NCBI GenBank assembly: GCA_051294905.1
Contig: CM119372.1
Span: 13,146,001 to 13,210,000 of the forward strand
Source of the DNA: Botryllus schlosseri
Lineage: Eukaryota
Direction: 5' to 3'
DNA: 64,000 bases
Shown: piece after piece, positions 1 to 13,476 of the stretch
Layout: each line of letters starts with the position of its first letter
Position numbering within the stretch: position 1 is the stretch's first letter
Program-made: the position numbers and the translations under genes
The notes under the pieces: generated by a model
The model's input: the letters and a program-made list of their open reading frames with translations, nothing else
What the model was told of the DNA's origin: nothing
The model's database searches: none

Positions 1-16
1 ACAATGGTGTGTAGAC

Positions 17-744
17 CAGGGCCGGCCAACCCGTGGCCCGCGGGCCACATGTGGCCCGCGAGAAGGTTTTGAGAAGCCCGCGAGGTAATTTCCGAAATTT
101 CTATTATCATCAAAAATGGATTGCACAGATTGTGAACTTGCAAGGCCAATCAAACATTTGATTAGTCTGGCCGCAACACTTGAGATGTGATGACTAAAAT
201 ATCAGTTCCGACGCATTGACAGATCCATCAGCCATTCACATATTGGTATATCTTCGTACACTACAATAAAGCAGAATAATTTGCGATCGATTTATCAAAG
301 GTAAACATTTTCTACAAGCATGGCGCAACATGTTGTCACTCGATTTCTTGTTTTTAATATTGTTGCCTTTTTGTGAAAATGGAAGAACACCTAATGTATC
401 AGATTGAGTCTAACTATATTCGCGATTATGAGACAAAGTGTCGTTCAACATATGCGACATTGCGTTTGTGCTCGCAGTAAGACTGTCGATTATGAAACCT
501 CAGAGGCACGAAAATGATTGACGCATGTTGGTCGCATCTTTCGATATCGAAATGTCCATGCGCCGAATAGCCCAGTCCTCGCAAACTTGGCCCAGCGATA
601 TAGAACAGGCCTGCAATATAGTCAAGTCATAATATTACTGACCTATAAACTTCAAAAAATTTTCGCGCTTCGCGCGGCTAGTGGCCCGCGCAATAATTTG
701 CCAATCGAATATGGCCCGTTGGCTGAAAAGGTTGGCCAGCCCTG
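17..744. mobile_element. Non-autonomous hAT-type DNA transposon (MITE)
   Basis: TIRs CAGGGCCGGCCAACC / GGTTGGCCAGCCCTG; perfect 8-bp TSD GTGTAGAC at 9-16 and 745-752; GGCCCGC subterminal motifs. Confidence 0.88.
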
Positions 745-2751
745 GTGTAGACATACAAAAAGCTACAGTGTCCAAAGTTACCCCACATGCCCGGGTAACT
801 TTGGACACGGATAACTTACAAAAATAAGGTACTTATTCATGACCATGAAGATTTTGGATTGGTTAATTCTAATCTTTGCTCCATGACCCCTGAAAAACAC
901 AAAACTTGCCTCCCCTACACCCTAGCATTTCCAAGATACAAAGCAGAATTGTTGAAAAATTTTTACACTCCTAACGTACATTATACGACCTGAATGTGCA
1001 CTATTTATCCAACCCTATTCTGCGTTGCTATTTTTTGTCTCTGCATTGACTATTTATTACTTCAGTACTTACTCTTTACTTACTTATCTATTCACGTCAA
1101 GGCGCAACTTTGATTGATTGAATGGTTGCTAGCATTTTAGCAGCCCAATATGTGTTAAATCAAACCTCAGTAGCCTAATGATTACTTTCACCTGCGGATA
1201 GATATATTCATTGTTTAGCTCTGAATTCACCTAAGATAGGTTGATGAAATGATCGATTAAGTACAAATTTAATCGGTAAAGCTTACCTTCGGCAAGATAT
1301 GGTAGATATTGAAATAGGGCTGATTTTATTACGTGAACAAGATAGATAGGTCATTGAACAAGACGCTATACACTATAATTTTGGCAAGACGCATTTCAAC
1401 TCATTCCTGCCTGGAAGATTACCAGGAAATGACGGTGACGCCGCATTACATCTAGCATTGCTAGTACACAAATTGGATGTTGATCAATGTTGCAGGAAAG
1501 CGACTATAGCCTATGAAAGAATGTGAACAATTTGTCAATCAGTTGCTCAAGTCTGAATTTGGCGGTAGGCCTATATATACTTGTTATCTCATGAATCGAA
1601 TGTGCATGCTTTATTTAGGGAACATAACAAGTTGGTCATATTCCTTATATATATTTATCTTGGGTTTAATAATTTATGCAAAAAAATGCAACAACGGAAA
1701 AGTTGCATCACACTTAATTGAAGCCATTATATGTTTGTGGTGCAGATCCATTAGAAACTGACTCGCAGGCTATGGACATTGGACGTAGCAGTTTTTGGAT
1801 TATTTCTTGAAACTACGTACATCATTACTTTTCAATTTAGTTTTTCTGTACCTCTGCTTAAGATTTGTTTGTCTTGTCTTATAGGCCTATTACTCCTCAC
1901 GGTAACACTTTATGAAATCTGATTCTACTTTAACCAACACTGCATTAGGATATTCTTGCTGCTATGAATTGCAGCATATTTGAAGTGTGCTGGAATACTT
2001 CCTGTCTATGCCCCACAATATATTCCAGTTGTTGATATCTTACCCCAATTTTAAATGATTGATTTTAGAATCGTTCCATCATTCATAGGGTTTCATAGAT
2101 ATGACAATTTTAGTCTGTTATTTAGAGTTAATGAAGCATTGATCAGGTAGCCTATTGACTGTAAAGATCAGAACTATTTACTGGGAACTTTTACGGCATG
2201 GTTAATGATTAAACCGGCAGCATTGTGACTTTGATGTTTTCTTAAAAGAGTAAATCGGTAGTTTAAGAACAATATTTTAGTAGTTAGTGTCTGACTTGGT
2301 TGGCAGGCCTGCTTGAAACTTCAGTTGTTCGAAAAGTGGATTATATGTTGGAGGATTGGTGGTTCATACAGGCTTAAGATAAATCAACTGTTAAAAGTGG
2401 GTACCGTATAGAGATGTAAACATGTAATCATATTTAATTCCTAGGGGACGTGTCATAACATATATTCCTCAGACTTTTCTGACAGCCTTGCACTTCTAGC
2501 TTGGCTGCTCAGCGGCTGTTTTATTCACAGCATTGTAGTATTTGTAAGAGGGTTTTCTGTCATGTGGCTAGAGCATTCTCTAAATTACCGTAATGGACTA
2601 GTCGTTGTAATTCATGGCGCTTCGCTAGCCTGATGTTGGATTTGGTCTGTTTTGAACTTCGTTTGTTTCTGAAAGCTTTACTTGGTTTAAATATATTCAA
2701 TTGTGTTTTGATTCAACAGGTAGCACACTCAGTGGTTGGCCGAGACCAAGA

Positions 2752-4485
2752 ATGGCAGAAAATGATAAGAAAGCGCCAATGTGGCGGCAGCTGTATCTCA
2801 GCCGTGCCAAGTTGAAGGCTGTCAGTAGGACATCTGCTCTTTTGGCCGGGTTTGCAATGGTAGGTGACTGCGAATTGATTAATTTACATTTACAGAGTGT
2901 TATCTGGTCCTGCATGTCTGGTCTTACAGATTGCCATGGTTGAAGTGCAGCTCGACGCTGATGTGAAGTATCCGAAGGGTTTGCTAATCTCTTTTTCCAT
3001 GGTCACCACCTGCCTCGTCTCGGTGCATTTGTTTGCTTTGATGATTTCGACTTGCCTTCTGCCTAATATTGAAGCCATATCAAACATTCACACCTTCTCC
3101 GCTGTAAGTGCCACCTGCTGCAGTGCACGGCAGAATAATCAGTTCTTTTCTGTTTAGTTGAAACACTCGCCTCACACTAAAATGCGGTCATACATCGAAA
3201 TATCATGGATATTGTCAACAGGTGAAATTCAAACTAGCTTCATTTTTATAATTCATCTCAACTTCTGTTGTCACTACTTTTTCAGGCATCGGGCTTGTTC
3301 TATTTCTCGTTGAAATCGCTCTACTTATATGGCTCAAGTTTTTCGGATTGTGTGCCAAGAACCAATGCAGCCAACCGACCGTCAACATAACTTGTGTCGA
3401 TGAAAAATGTAATGCTTTAAACCTTGGCGATAAAGTCAAGCAGTTGAACTTGATATTTCGTCGACAGGCGGAAATGCCACACAAGCTGGTTGGGCGGCTA
3501 TGGCCATCTTGATACCGTCGACATTGATGTTTGCTGGTTTTGCGTGCAACTTTTACAGGACGTTAGCCGAACATAAGTTCAATAACGCAATGCAAGAAAT
3601 ATCGGAATTGGAGAGGAGACAAGGTATTACATTTATTCGGGATATCTGGTTTGTTACATTTCAAAAGATGGCGGGTAACAACAAATGGTAAAGCAACTGT
3701 CCCGTGAAGTATTGAAATGCGTGGAAGATTGTTATAGACGTATTCTTGTTGATACGAAGTAGGTACTGCGTACAATAACCAAAGTACGTCTCCCTTTTAT
3801 AATTGATAGCATGTGGTTTCATTGTCTCTAAACCATGGGCAGATTGCAGGCAAAGCATTCATAGCCTGCCGCATATGCGATAGTTCAGGACAACGGTGAT
3901 CATGAGCTGGCTACAGGCGCGATAAATCAGACATGAGATGAATTGCCGATTTTGTGTGCAAATGAATAACGATCTTGAATCTGCTGACGGGCGTAGCATT
4001 TTCTATATCGTATTGCATTTTGTGAACATAGCGAGTCGGCGACAATTTCACTCATGAAAATGATGCAAGTATGCCCGATAACTACCTCCACTTTACAAAA
4101 TTCTAGGTGTGAAAAGTAAGTAGTTAAGCCTAAATTAAGTGTTGAGTAGAAGTAAAAACAGTGTAAAAACATTACCACTTCAGTAATTGAAATGAGTAGC
4201 CAAAATCTACTGTGAAAAAGTAGAAATACTTGGTTTTTCTTTGACCACCTCGACGTTTCAGGTGATATGGGAGAACGGGAGGGACAAGCGAGTGCAATGG
4301 ACGGGCGTCTGCTATACATGCAAAATGACAGTTTGAGAATCAACTCTGCAGCGTCAGGCGAAGTGGCCACACCGTCAAGATCGAATGTCAGCCTGGAAAT
4401 GGATCGGCTCGACGTGTCCCAGGGGATGAATCACAGCGGGAGGAGCAGTCCCAGTGCGGAGTTTTATATTGATAAGGAAAAGTGA
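2752..4485 (+). CDS. ORAI: Orai (CRAC calcium release-activated calcium channel) protein, 6 coding exons
   Basis: Exons 2752-2859, 2930-3103, 3158-3221, 3286-3408, 3468-3623, 4262-4485 splice in frame with GT-AG. Motifs [34 protein letters not shown] (TM1 with selectivity Glu), [18 protein letters not shown] (TM2), [28 protein letters not shown] (TM3 Glu), FYRTLAEHK. The frame is open from the acceptor at 2720, so an upstream coding exon cannot be excluded. Confidence 0.93.
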
Positions 4486-4659
4486 CGTAGTCTCGTAGTC
4501 TACCTCCTCAGATTCCTAAAATCACTGGATGGTATTTGCAGTGCTTTGCAGTTGTGCTGCAGCAGTATGTTCCCAAGTCGCCGCAGTATTGGGAATAGGT
4601 AGCAATGACGCCCATAGTGCAATACTGTTCTGATCCTGCATTATTATTTGTGTCTGACG

Positions 4660-4944
4660 CAGTGCTTCTCAACCTTTTCGACCAATTCGAGTACCCTGGG
4701 TGTGAGATTCAGGGAGCTGATGACTAGAATAAAGGCTCATAGACCCAGACGCTGATGCTAGTGACAGATAAAAAATGCAACTTTCGGTCCAGCCTCAATC
4801 ACGGTGTCGTGGCCAGTTGAGTGTATTTATTGAAGGTTACATTTTTTTGTTTTCAGCTGATCAAACACCCTTAATTTTTGTTACATGTCTACCTTAGGCG
4901 GCCCCATTGATCAGTCCAAACAGCACCTCGGTTGAGAACCGCTG
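4660..4944. mobile_element. Short hAT-type MITE in the presumed Orai 3' UTR
   Basis: TIRs CAGTGCTTCTCAACC / GGTTGAGAACCGCTG; near-TSD GTCTGACG / GTCTGATA. A candidate AATAAA lies downstream at 5227-5232. Confidence 0.7.
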
Positions 4945-5843
4945 GTCTGATACATCTATCTTTTTTGTATGCATTACATCCTGCTACCATGCATTATTTT
5001 GTGATACGCCATCGGCCTGCAGCATCTGTTTGAATCTTTCCATCTTGGACTGGTTATGGATCCAGTTCGCAGCTTACAAGTATTTGCATTCTTCACTTCA
5101 AAATTGTATGTGGGTATGTGTAACGGAAAAACTTTCAGCGTTGGCATAATATAGCCTAATCACTGTGCTTTGTTATGGTGTTATAAGTAGCTCTTCATGA
5201 CGCAATACCTACCAGAATCATTTTTCAATAAAGACTCCCGCCTTTTATTCAACCTTTACTTTGCACTATGTAAAGAAATTTGAATTATCTATTAAAGATG
5301 TTTTTACCGTGTTGATCTCAGTGCTTTGATGTGCTAAAGCAAGGTCATACTGATAAGGCATCTAATCGACTTTATCATCAGCATTCTATGTTGCATGTAC
5401 ATTTCCTTGTTCACTCCACCAAAAGAGATGCGTATTTTGATGGTACTACACATTGTCTTGCTTGTATCCATAATACTTCAGTGTACTTTGGTGATGAAGA
5501 CCAAGATTGGCCTTGGGCTTCAGTCATTAAGCACTGGTATAGGAGATGGCATTTTTCGATAAAGGTCCAGTAATTACAAGAATCCTACACTCTGGACACT
5601 GTTGCGTCTGATAGACTCAGTCAGACTTGCAGACAGGGAGCAAGAAAAACATATGTTTTCACATTGGGCCACAAGTTTGGTGAGTACAATAGTTGTAACA
5701 GTGAAGGTGCAGAAATCTACTTCACTAGTAAATACCTTACTGATGATGAGGACAATTTCTCGTACGAGTCACTTTATTTACTGGTATTTGTAAAAATGCC
5801 CAACAATGCTAGAAGAAATCTAACTACATGATACATTCTAGAA

Positions 5844-6545
5844 CAGCGGTTCTCAGCCTTGAACCTTGCGAACTGACAACACATCAAATAAATTTTGCGC
5901 ACAATCAAATCTTAATCAAAACTAACTCGATTACGACAAATGTATTTTGATATTAGACTTCTTCTGCGTGGTTTTATTGAAGCATTTTCAAGGCAAAGGT
6001 AGGCCTACTGCTTTGACAACCCTTTTTGAGTTGGTCAGTTTCTTTCAAATGAAATGATAGATTGCTGTTTGGTTGCCTCTATCCTGCTGATAAATTGTAC
6101 TGTCAAAACCTGAAACTTTCTTCAAACGCCTTAGGCCAACGTGGCTGTCTGATTAAAAGACTGTCCAAGTCATTTTGGCACCATCCTATCTTCATTATAT
6201 CGCAATCTTGTGTTGCAGTGATTTGATAGAAATTTTAACAAAACGACCGTTCCCAAACGAGTTGTGAGCTACTTTTAAACAGTTCCGTACAACACTTGCT
6301 GCACTGCGACAAGCTCCAGGTTCAAAGCAAACCATGAACTCTATATTATGACACTATGCAGAAAAATACCAGTGATATACATCCTTGAACAATACGCTTT
6401 GAAATCTATTTGAAATTCTATATTTCACTTCTCAATTAATGGACAAGCACCAAAGGTCGTGACTTTTGGAACTGAGCTATAAAAGTCAAATATATTTCGC
6501 AGACCGGCAAGAAACTTGCCACGGATTGGCAGTTCATAACCGGTG
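5844..6545. mobile_element. Degenerate hAT-type MITE
   Basis: Ends CAGCGGTTCTCAGCC / AGTTCATAACCGGTG; imperfect flanks TTCTAGAA / TTCTGGAC. Confidence 0.5.
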
Positions 6546-7540
6546 TTCTGGACACTTCATTTGATACAGTGTAATTAAAATCGACTTTCAATCCATACTT
6601 ATTGCATATAACAGTAGTTCTTCACTCTTCTTATAGTCATGGCCCACTTTGTCTTTTGCAAATATTCGATGGGCAGATCAAAATATAGAAACAATTATGC
6701 CCCTGCATAACGAGCTTCGTGAGCAAAGCTAAGTACGGTAATGCTAATCCGTCCATATACTACCTTCCAGTTAACGATGTCTAATGAAGAAATTAAAACA
6801 AAAAGTTTGGCTTCAAAAACCATAGAAGTGAAAAAAAACAGTCTAAAATACAAGTGGTGGAAGTAGACAAATATTTGAAAAGTACATGTAATTCATTACT
6901 AACCAGCTACTACCTCTCTGGTTATGTGCTATAATTTTGACACAGTGACAAAATTCAGCTCACGAAATTTGCTGACACTCAATCATAAAGTTTAATAATA
7001 ATTATTCAAAATGCTATGTGGACTGTGTCATTGAATTACAACTAGAATCGAAAATCCAATTCAGTACTTGCATTCTTGTTTGATTGAACATAAGACTGCA
7101 CGCTATTATGCCTACCATACCGAGATTCTCTGGCATGGGATGTATCTCATTAGTAAAATAGTGAATTTAGATTTTCTTGAATTCCATTCATCTCCATCAT
7201 CAACAGTTGCGAAACTATGCCTTACTAATACAAAGCCATTTTGTTCCAAATTTTTGGTGCCAAATTCAACGTCTATCAAATATGCAAGTAATTGCGATAA
7301 TACTTGTGCTAATCAACGCTAAATTTTACAAATTTTGCAATTACAAACACTGGCAAGCTATGATGTGCAAGAACCATAATTTTCATCAGATTGCTAATAT
7401 TGATCAAACAGAATGATGAAGAAAAGTAGAATAAAATGTATTGCATTGATCACAGTTGTAACCATGTAAAAAGATAACATCCACACTTGATTTCTGGAGA
7501 AGTTGTACAGTGGAAGAAATAAGTCAAAGAAACTGCTCAA

Positions 7541-10119
7541 TCACCACCACTTGAACTTAAATTCATAAATCGGACGTTTGCAGTAGTACTGTCCGGTTAA
7601 CCGCTGGTCACATATCCCTATGCACTGACACTCCAGCTGATACCCAAGCTTTGCCATGTCCTCTTTTATGCAGTGAAGCAAATCATAGACGTCAGGTGTT
7701 GCCGACCAAGGTCCGAAAGTCAATGCGGCCTTGCACCTACACAGTGGGGAATATCAGAAATATTTGTGATGGCCATGAGGCAGACTCAAGTCGCAATTTT
7801 CGGCAACTCGACTTGACTCGAGTTATTTTCTTCAAAATGGAAAATGACTTGAGTCACTCGATCAAATCATATGATTAGAGACATTCTATATGATTTGATT
7901 CAAGTCTCGTGTATCAAGGCCGATACTTGAAAAATAAGCGCAGAATCTGTCTGTTCGAATAAACTTGTTCCGAGTGAAAATAATGTGTATATTATGAATG
8001 TGAGGCCGTCAATATCACCTGAAGAGTTTCAAAAAAGTGATTTGAATCTGACTTGAACTCGATAGGTTAAGTAATAGTGAATAGTAATAGTCTTGGACTC
8101 GTACTGGAACCTTTGCCCCCAACTCGGAGTTGACTAGGTGCTGAATTTAAAATGACTCGAGTCAAAACCATAAAAGTACGATTGACTTGTTACTCGGCAC
8201 CTTCAAGACAACGTAAAAATATAGGTGGTGGATAGCTGCGCGTAATTACCTGTGATCAACTTCAGTTTTGTAGAGATGTCTCTCTTCAGCAACCTGTGGT
8301 ATCATTGTGCTTTCAAAGCTATCTTCTTTAAATATCGACACTTGAAGTTTCGTCACACGATCTGGCTGCTCGCATGCAGCATTCAATGCTTTTTCAATCA
8401 GGAGGTTGACCTTGATATCATATTCGGGTACCTAAATGATATTACTGGTGTCATGACAGCTCCCATTTGCAATACAGAGCAAGGTGGTCTGTAACAAAGT
8501 ACTACGTTTTCAAAGCATTCAAGTAATTTTTGCCTACCTGCACTACTTACTCAAGTGGTTGTGTTTTTATAATAATTACTTCTACACTTCGTATTTTAGA
8601 AAGTAGAAAGTAGTTTTAAGGAGAGTTAACATCACTTTCCTGTATGCACTGGTCATAAAGAACAGCTCGAAATAGCCACCACAGTAAGTCAGCAACTGCT
8701 GAATATATTATCGAAGATTGTAGGGATTTTCATTATGCGTCGCGAAGATGCATCCTACAATTTCGAAAGTTGCCACCAACGATCAACAACTGTCAAGAGT
8801 ATGCTAACCCGCAACCAAATCTACTTTACTAAACTACTTAATTACCTTCCATTTTCTACATCCACTTGCAGTAGTTTTGGCAAGTCTTGGAAATCACTAC
8901 TTCTACTTGTAATTGAGAAATTCATGGCGTTACTTCTTGTTCTACTTCAGTCGCAATGCTCACTACTTTTATCACCTCTGCTAATAAGGATTTGGTGGTG
9001 ACGTCATATTTTGTGATACGATTGCTGATATACAATGTTCTTTCCAATTCTCTACTAGTTGCTGACGATTACCCCTGAAGATTGTCAGCCGAAGATATTC
9101 GGGTTCATTTCAATATGAATTTGAATATAGGCTACTGGTCAATTGGATATGGTAACTATGGAGAAAACAGCAGAAGTGCTCAATAACAAAGAACTTCTAC
9201 TTGCACCAACTATCAGAATTTGTCAAACGTAAAGGTCTTCATGAATTGATTGAGGTAAGCTAGACCATAAAAGCTCTATGGCCCACTGAAAACAGCATCA
9301 TTGCCCATAGGTTGAAAACCTCTAAACTGGGTACTGTTATGTTCATTTAGCAAAACTCTAGATCGCTCTATTTTTTACTCGAGTTCTAGCAATGGCCATC
9401 ACATCTCCAATTTAAAAATAGTACAAGCTATGCGTTATGTACTGTACATGAAAAGCAGTTGATTATGAAATATAAACTTCACAGGCAGTGTGTCTTGCCA
9501 ACCTTGTCCAGAAACAGTCTCTTTATTTTGTTGCTTGCAACGGGACATGTCGTGCTCAATGCATTTATGAGAGGAACAATATTGTAATACTGGGCTTCTT
9601 CGAGTACGTCTAACGTATATGGTAAGGGCGGTAATTTGTCATCCCGTATGAAATTCAGAATGTGCGCAAAGTTCGTTCCATTACGATCAATGAAGAATCT
9701 GAATACGATGCATCCAACGTAAGTAAGTATAATCACTTGATAGGCCAAGACCATTAGTGAACAACCTTCCCTCTTTATCAGTAACAAGACGGTGCCTTCC
9801 GCTAAACATTGTTGCCAGCATAGAGTCGGGATACTTCCGCAATGTTGCCAGACTGGTCATGTAAGCAGTTCCTCCAACATTGAGAGTGATCACTCTGCCA
9901 AACTGTATTCCTAATTAGCATTAGGGAGCATAAAAACACACTTTTATACAATTTGGAATTACCGTACTTTTATACCTGTGGTTGTGTTGTGTTACTATCC
10001 ACTTGGACAGCAGAGGCCTTGTCCAGTATCTCATCCAACGAGCAGTGAAATGAAGATTGAGATTTAACCATGTTCATGGCCTTCACTGATGATAGTTCGG
10101 AACCATTCACTTCCATCAT
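7541..10119 (-). CDS. KCTD7: BTB/POZ domain protein KCTD7-like, 5 coding exons
   Basis: Exons (minus) 10119-9976, 9902-9766, 9698-9503, 8431-8250, 7736-7541 splice in frame. T1-type BTB VITLNVGG...TLRKYPDSMLATMFSGRH...FFIDRNG..F.HILNFIR. C-terminus FGPWSATPDVYDLLHCI...QCIGICD...YYCKRPIYEFKFKWW matches the KCTD7 C-terminus as I recall it. Confidence 0.9.
8482..8980. mobile_element. AGTA/TACT-rich non-autonomous DNA element (dispersed family)
   Basis: Ends ...GGTGGTC / ...CACCTCTG with repeated AGTA(G)AAGTA motifs. Similar pieces at ~4105-4200, 6850-6920, 18745-19135, 21290-21365, 21935-22330, 34281-34630 and 58690-58835. Confidence 0.5.
9071..9104 (+). ncRNA. Degenerate minimal type I hammerhead ribozyme motif (family A) in a KCTD7 intron
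   Basis: ACCC-CTGAAGA-TTGTCAGCC-GAAG-ATAT-TC-GGGT; same repeat as 33738, but with G10.1 and A15.1 substitutions. Confidence 0.5.
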
Positions 10120-10310
10120 AAAACAGACTCATCACCAGATCATTGCTTTAGTGTACAGATTTCATATTGTATAAGCTGTTAAAATCTTCCCACTTTCAAT
10201 CACAATGTCAGTAGAAAAATGATTTGCAACTAGTGGTATATTTGTAACATACAGTATACGGTATTCACTTGATACATATGTGTAGACAGTTCATCAATTG
10301 ATATACTAGG

Positions 10311-10876
10311 CAGGGTTGTAATCATTTGAGTCATGACTCGACTCGAGTCACGATATTCTGATGACTCGACTTGACTCAAGTCATTTTCTCAAAATACAGA
10401 AATGACTCGAGTCATTCTGTGTATTACCTCGACTCGGACTCGAGTCATTGCGCATGACTCGAACCAAGTCATATGACTCGAGACTCAGACGGCGAAGACC
10501 GACATTTCATTGTAATTTCGAAGAATAGTAAAGTGGCCACATTATTGGGATTTCGTCTATTGGTACTGGTACTTGAAAATGCGACCGGAAACTGCTAAAA
10601 GCGAGGAAGATTAGTATATTATAAATGCGAACCATTCGATATCATCAAACAGAGTTATAAAAAGTGGGTTCAACTTTAACTGGAAACTGAGCAACCAACA
10701 CAATGACTTGGACTCTGACTCGAGTCATAATTTCATGACTCGAACTTGACCCTTTGATCGTAGACTTGGACTTGACTTGGTGGTGAATTGAAAATGACAC
10801 GACTTGCCTCGTCTTAAAACTATAAAACTGAGATTGACTTGTGACTCGGAGCCTAGTGACTTGGTCACAACCCTAG
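10311..10876. mobile_element. GACTC/GAGTC-repeat non-autonomous TIR element
   Basis: Ends CAGGGTTGT / ACAACCCTAG with many GACTCGA/GAGTC subterminal repeats. Highly similar copy at ~56936-57490 and a degenerate relative at ~7780-8200. Confidence 0.75.
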
Positions 10877-11891
10877 TATCAACAACATTGAACTGAACTG
10901 ATAAACTATAGAAAATGAAAAACCAACATTTCATATTTTACTTATTTCGAGGCTCAAGCTTATGTGAATGTGATTATTCTTCCAGCGAATATGCAATGTT
11001 TACCGCTATGACAGTACGACCAAGCAAATTTTGTAGCACCACTTGACATAATGGAAGAGAGAGAGATTTCATTTCTTATCATCAAAACATGAAAAAACAG
11101 TTTGATGAGATGATAATGTTAAAAATGACATCGTAGGCGGATATAACAAAATGTCATCAAAGTCGGTGCCGGCCATACGCAGTTGAGATTAAATGTATTT
11201 CGAATTTTCCCGAAAAAGATCCAGGGATCCATACCTATACGACAGTTAATTATCGTACCAGAACTTCTGGATCTACAGAAGTAGCCTAAGTGATGATGAA
11301 CAAGCAATGAATAAAATGAAGCAAGTGAGATGAGAATCGAGAATCTGGTTCTATATGTAGGTGTGGACGTCGGTTGGGCTATCAAATAAAATTTGGAGAT
11401 AAACGAACAGGTGAGAGATTGTTTCCGCGCCTATATCATAGTTGGAATTAAAGTAGCTTATGTCCATGAGTAAAGTTTATGTAAAGTTTTCATTTTTTTT
11501 CGGTCATAGCCTGGGCATGATTAACTTTGAAACAATACATTAAGCATAAACATGGCCAAGATAAGGCAGAATAAATGAAAATATTACGGAACAGTTTTGA
11601 AAAATATACCTCAAAATTTGAAAAATGGGCATTAGAGAGAGAGAGTCTTTATTTTCATCGAACCAAAATACATAACAAACGGCAGTGATGGTGGTACAGA
11701 AAATATGCGTGCACAGTATTCGGTATTAGATAGGAATGATCGATAAGACCGTGAAGGTCATCTAGTCTGATCACACCAGCATCAAACAGGTACACTTGAC
11801 TCAAAACAGTCTGGCTATACTTTGATACTATACTATACTGATACTATACTTAGCTATACTTTGATTCCACATTGGCACATTCTACAGTGAA

Positions 11892-12009
11892 GATATGGAT
11901 AAGCTTTGATATTTTTAAACTCTACATACTTCCTATATTTCGTATTCATATGATATGGATAAGCTTTGATATTTTTAAACTCTACATACTTCCTATATTT
12001 CGTATTCAT
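11892..12009. repeat. Direct tandem duplication, 60-bp unit x2
   Basis: GATATGGATAAGCTTTGATATTTTTAAACTCTACATACTTCCTATATTTCGTATTCAT at 11892 and 11952. Confidence 0.95.
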
Positions 12010-12074
12010 GTCGTCGTGCCCCGATCCATACCGGACCAATTTATCCTAGAATAAACGTAGAGATATGTCTGCCA

Positions 12075-12925
12075 CGGTTGCCAGTAAACTCGCCCCAAAG
12101 TAAATTCGGCCCGTCGAATTCGGCCCTCGGTCACTTTGGCCGTCGGTGAATTCGGCCGTCGGTGGATTCGGCCCTCGGTAAATTCGGCCAGGGCCAGAGT
12201 AACAACAACAGTTACAATACCATTATCTAACCTGAACCCTAATCCTAACCTAACCCTAATCCTAACCTAACCTAACCTAACTCTAACCCTAATCCTGAAC
12301 CTAACCCTAATCCTAAGCCTAATCCTAACCTAACCCTAATCCTAACCCTAACCTAACCCTAACGCTAATCCTAACCCTAAACCTAACCCCTAACCTCCAA
12401 ATCACTTGATAATATTATAATTATGTAATATAATACACATTATTAGTTCGTAATACAATTTCACACAATGTTCTCCGAGGGCCGAATATACCGATTGAAT
12501 TCGGCTGTCGGTAAATTCGGCCCCGTAAACATCGGCATACATATATATATTTATACGCATACCCTGTTCTCCAAATCACTTGATAATAATATAATAATGA
12601 AATTAATTCACATTAATAGTTGATAATACATTTTTATAAAAAATTCTCCAAGGGCAGAATTGACCGAATAACCAGTGAATTGACCGGTGAATTCGGCCGT
12701 CGGTAAATTCGGTCCCCGTGAATATCCGCGCTATCTCCCGTGATTACGCGATCTACGCATACCCTGACATCCCAATCACTTAATAATAGTATAATTATGT
12801 AATTAATTCATGTTGACGGTTGGTAATACATTATTATACAATATTCTCGGTGGGCCGAATTTACTGATGTAATGGCCGAATTTGCCTGGGCCGAATTTAC
12901 TCTGGGGCGAGTTTACTGGCAACCG
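12075..12925. mobile_element. Non-autonomous TIR element with telomere-like (CCTAA/CCCTAA) core
   Basis: 23-bp perfect TIR CGGTTGCCAGTAAACTCGCCCCA / TGGGGCGAGTTTACTGGCAACCG; AATTCGGCC subterminal repeats; CCCTAA/CCTAA array at ~12227-12395; flanks TCTGCCA / CCTGCCA. Confidence 0.85.
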
Positions 12926-13476
12926 CCTGCCACTGCCGAATTAACAACTTTCACACCAGCTTCCCCGTAAATAAAGTCAGCAAACCCGCCTTGTTTTGTA
13001 AACAAATATAGACGATTTGTAGTTGGATCTCTGCTACCACCTTATGGTGCTGAAATACCAGCGAAAGCCTTACGAAGATAAGGAAGGAGTTATTCAAGTC
13101 CGTGGAACACACTGCAACCTTGTATTATAATTAGGGGATTCACGAATTCTATGTTATCACAACAAAATATCATGCATAATACCCAAGTTCTTTGTCTTAC
13201 TGCCTTTGATGGCAACACATTTCGGACTTCACTGGTTTCGAGGAAGTGAGCGTGAGGCGGCAGCTGGTGCACGTGCCCAACTGACTGACTGAATGAGGGG
13301 TTGAGACTGCAGAACGTGAATGTGAATGGTAGGGAGGGTTACACCATCGCGTTGCTATAGAGCGCGCTGTAGGACGGCTCGTCACTGTGTGGATGGCCTA
13401 GCTGGTAAGAATTCTGGATTGGGCCTAGTCCGCTTGTATCACTCAACCAACGTACTCATACATAAACGCAATCCAC

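Noticed and set aside
11892..12009. CRISPR-like array
   Set aside because: Only two adjacent 60-bp units with no spacers, in a eukaryotic context.
12227..12395. True telomere or chromosome-end fusion
   Set aside because: The array is degenerate, short and enclosed by the TIRs of a mobile element.
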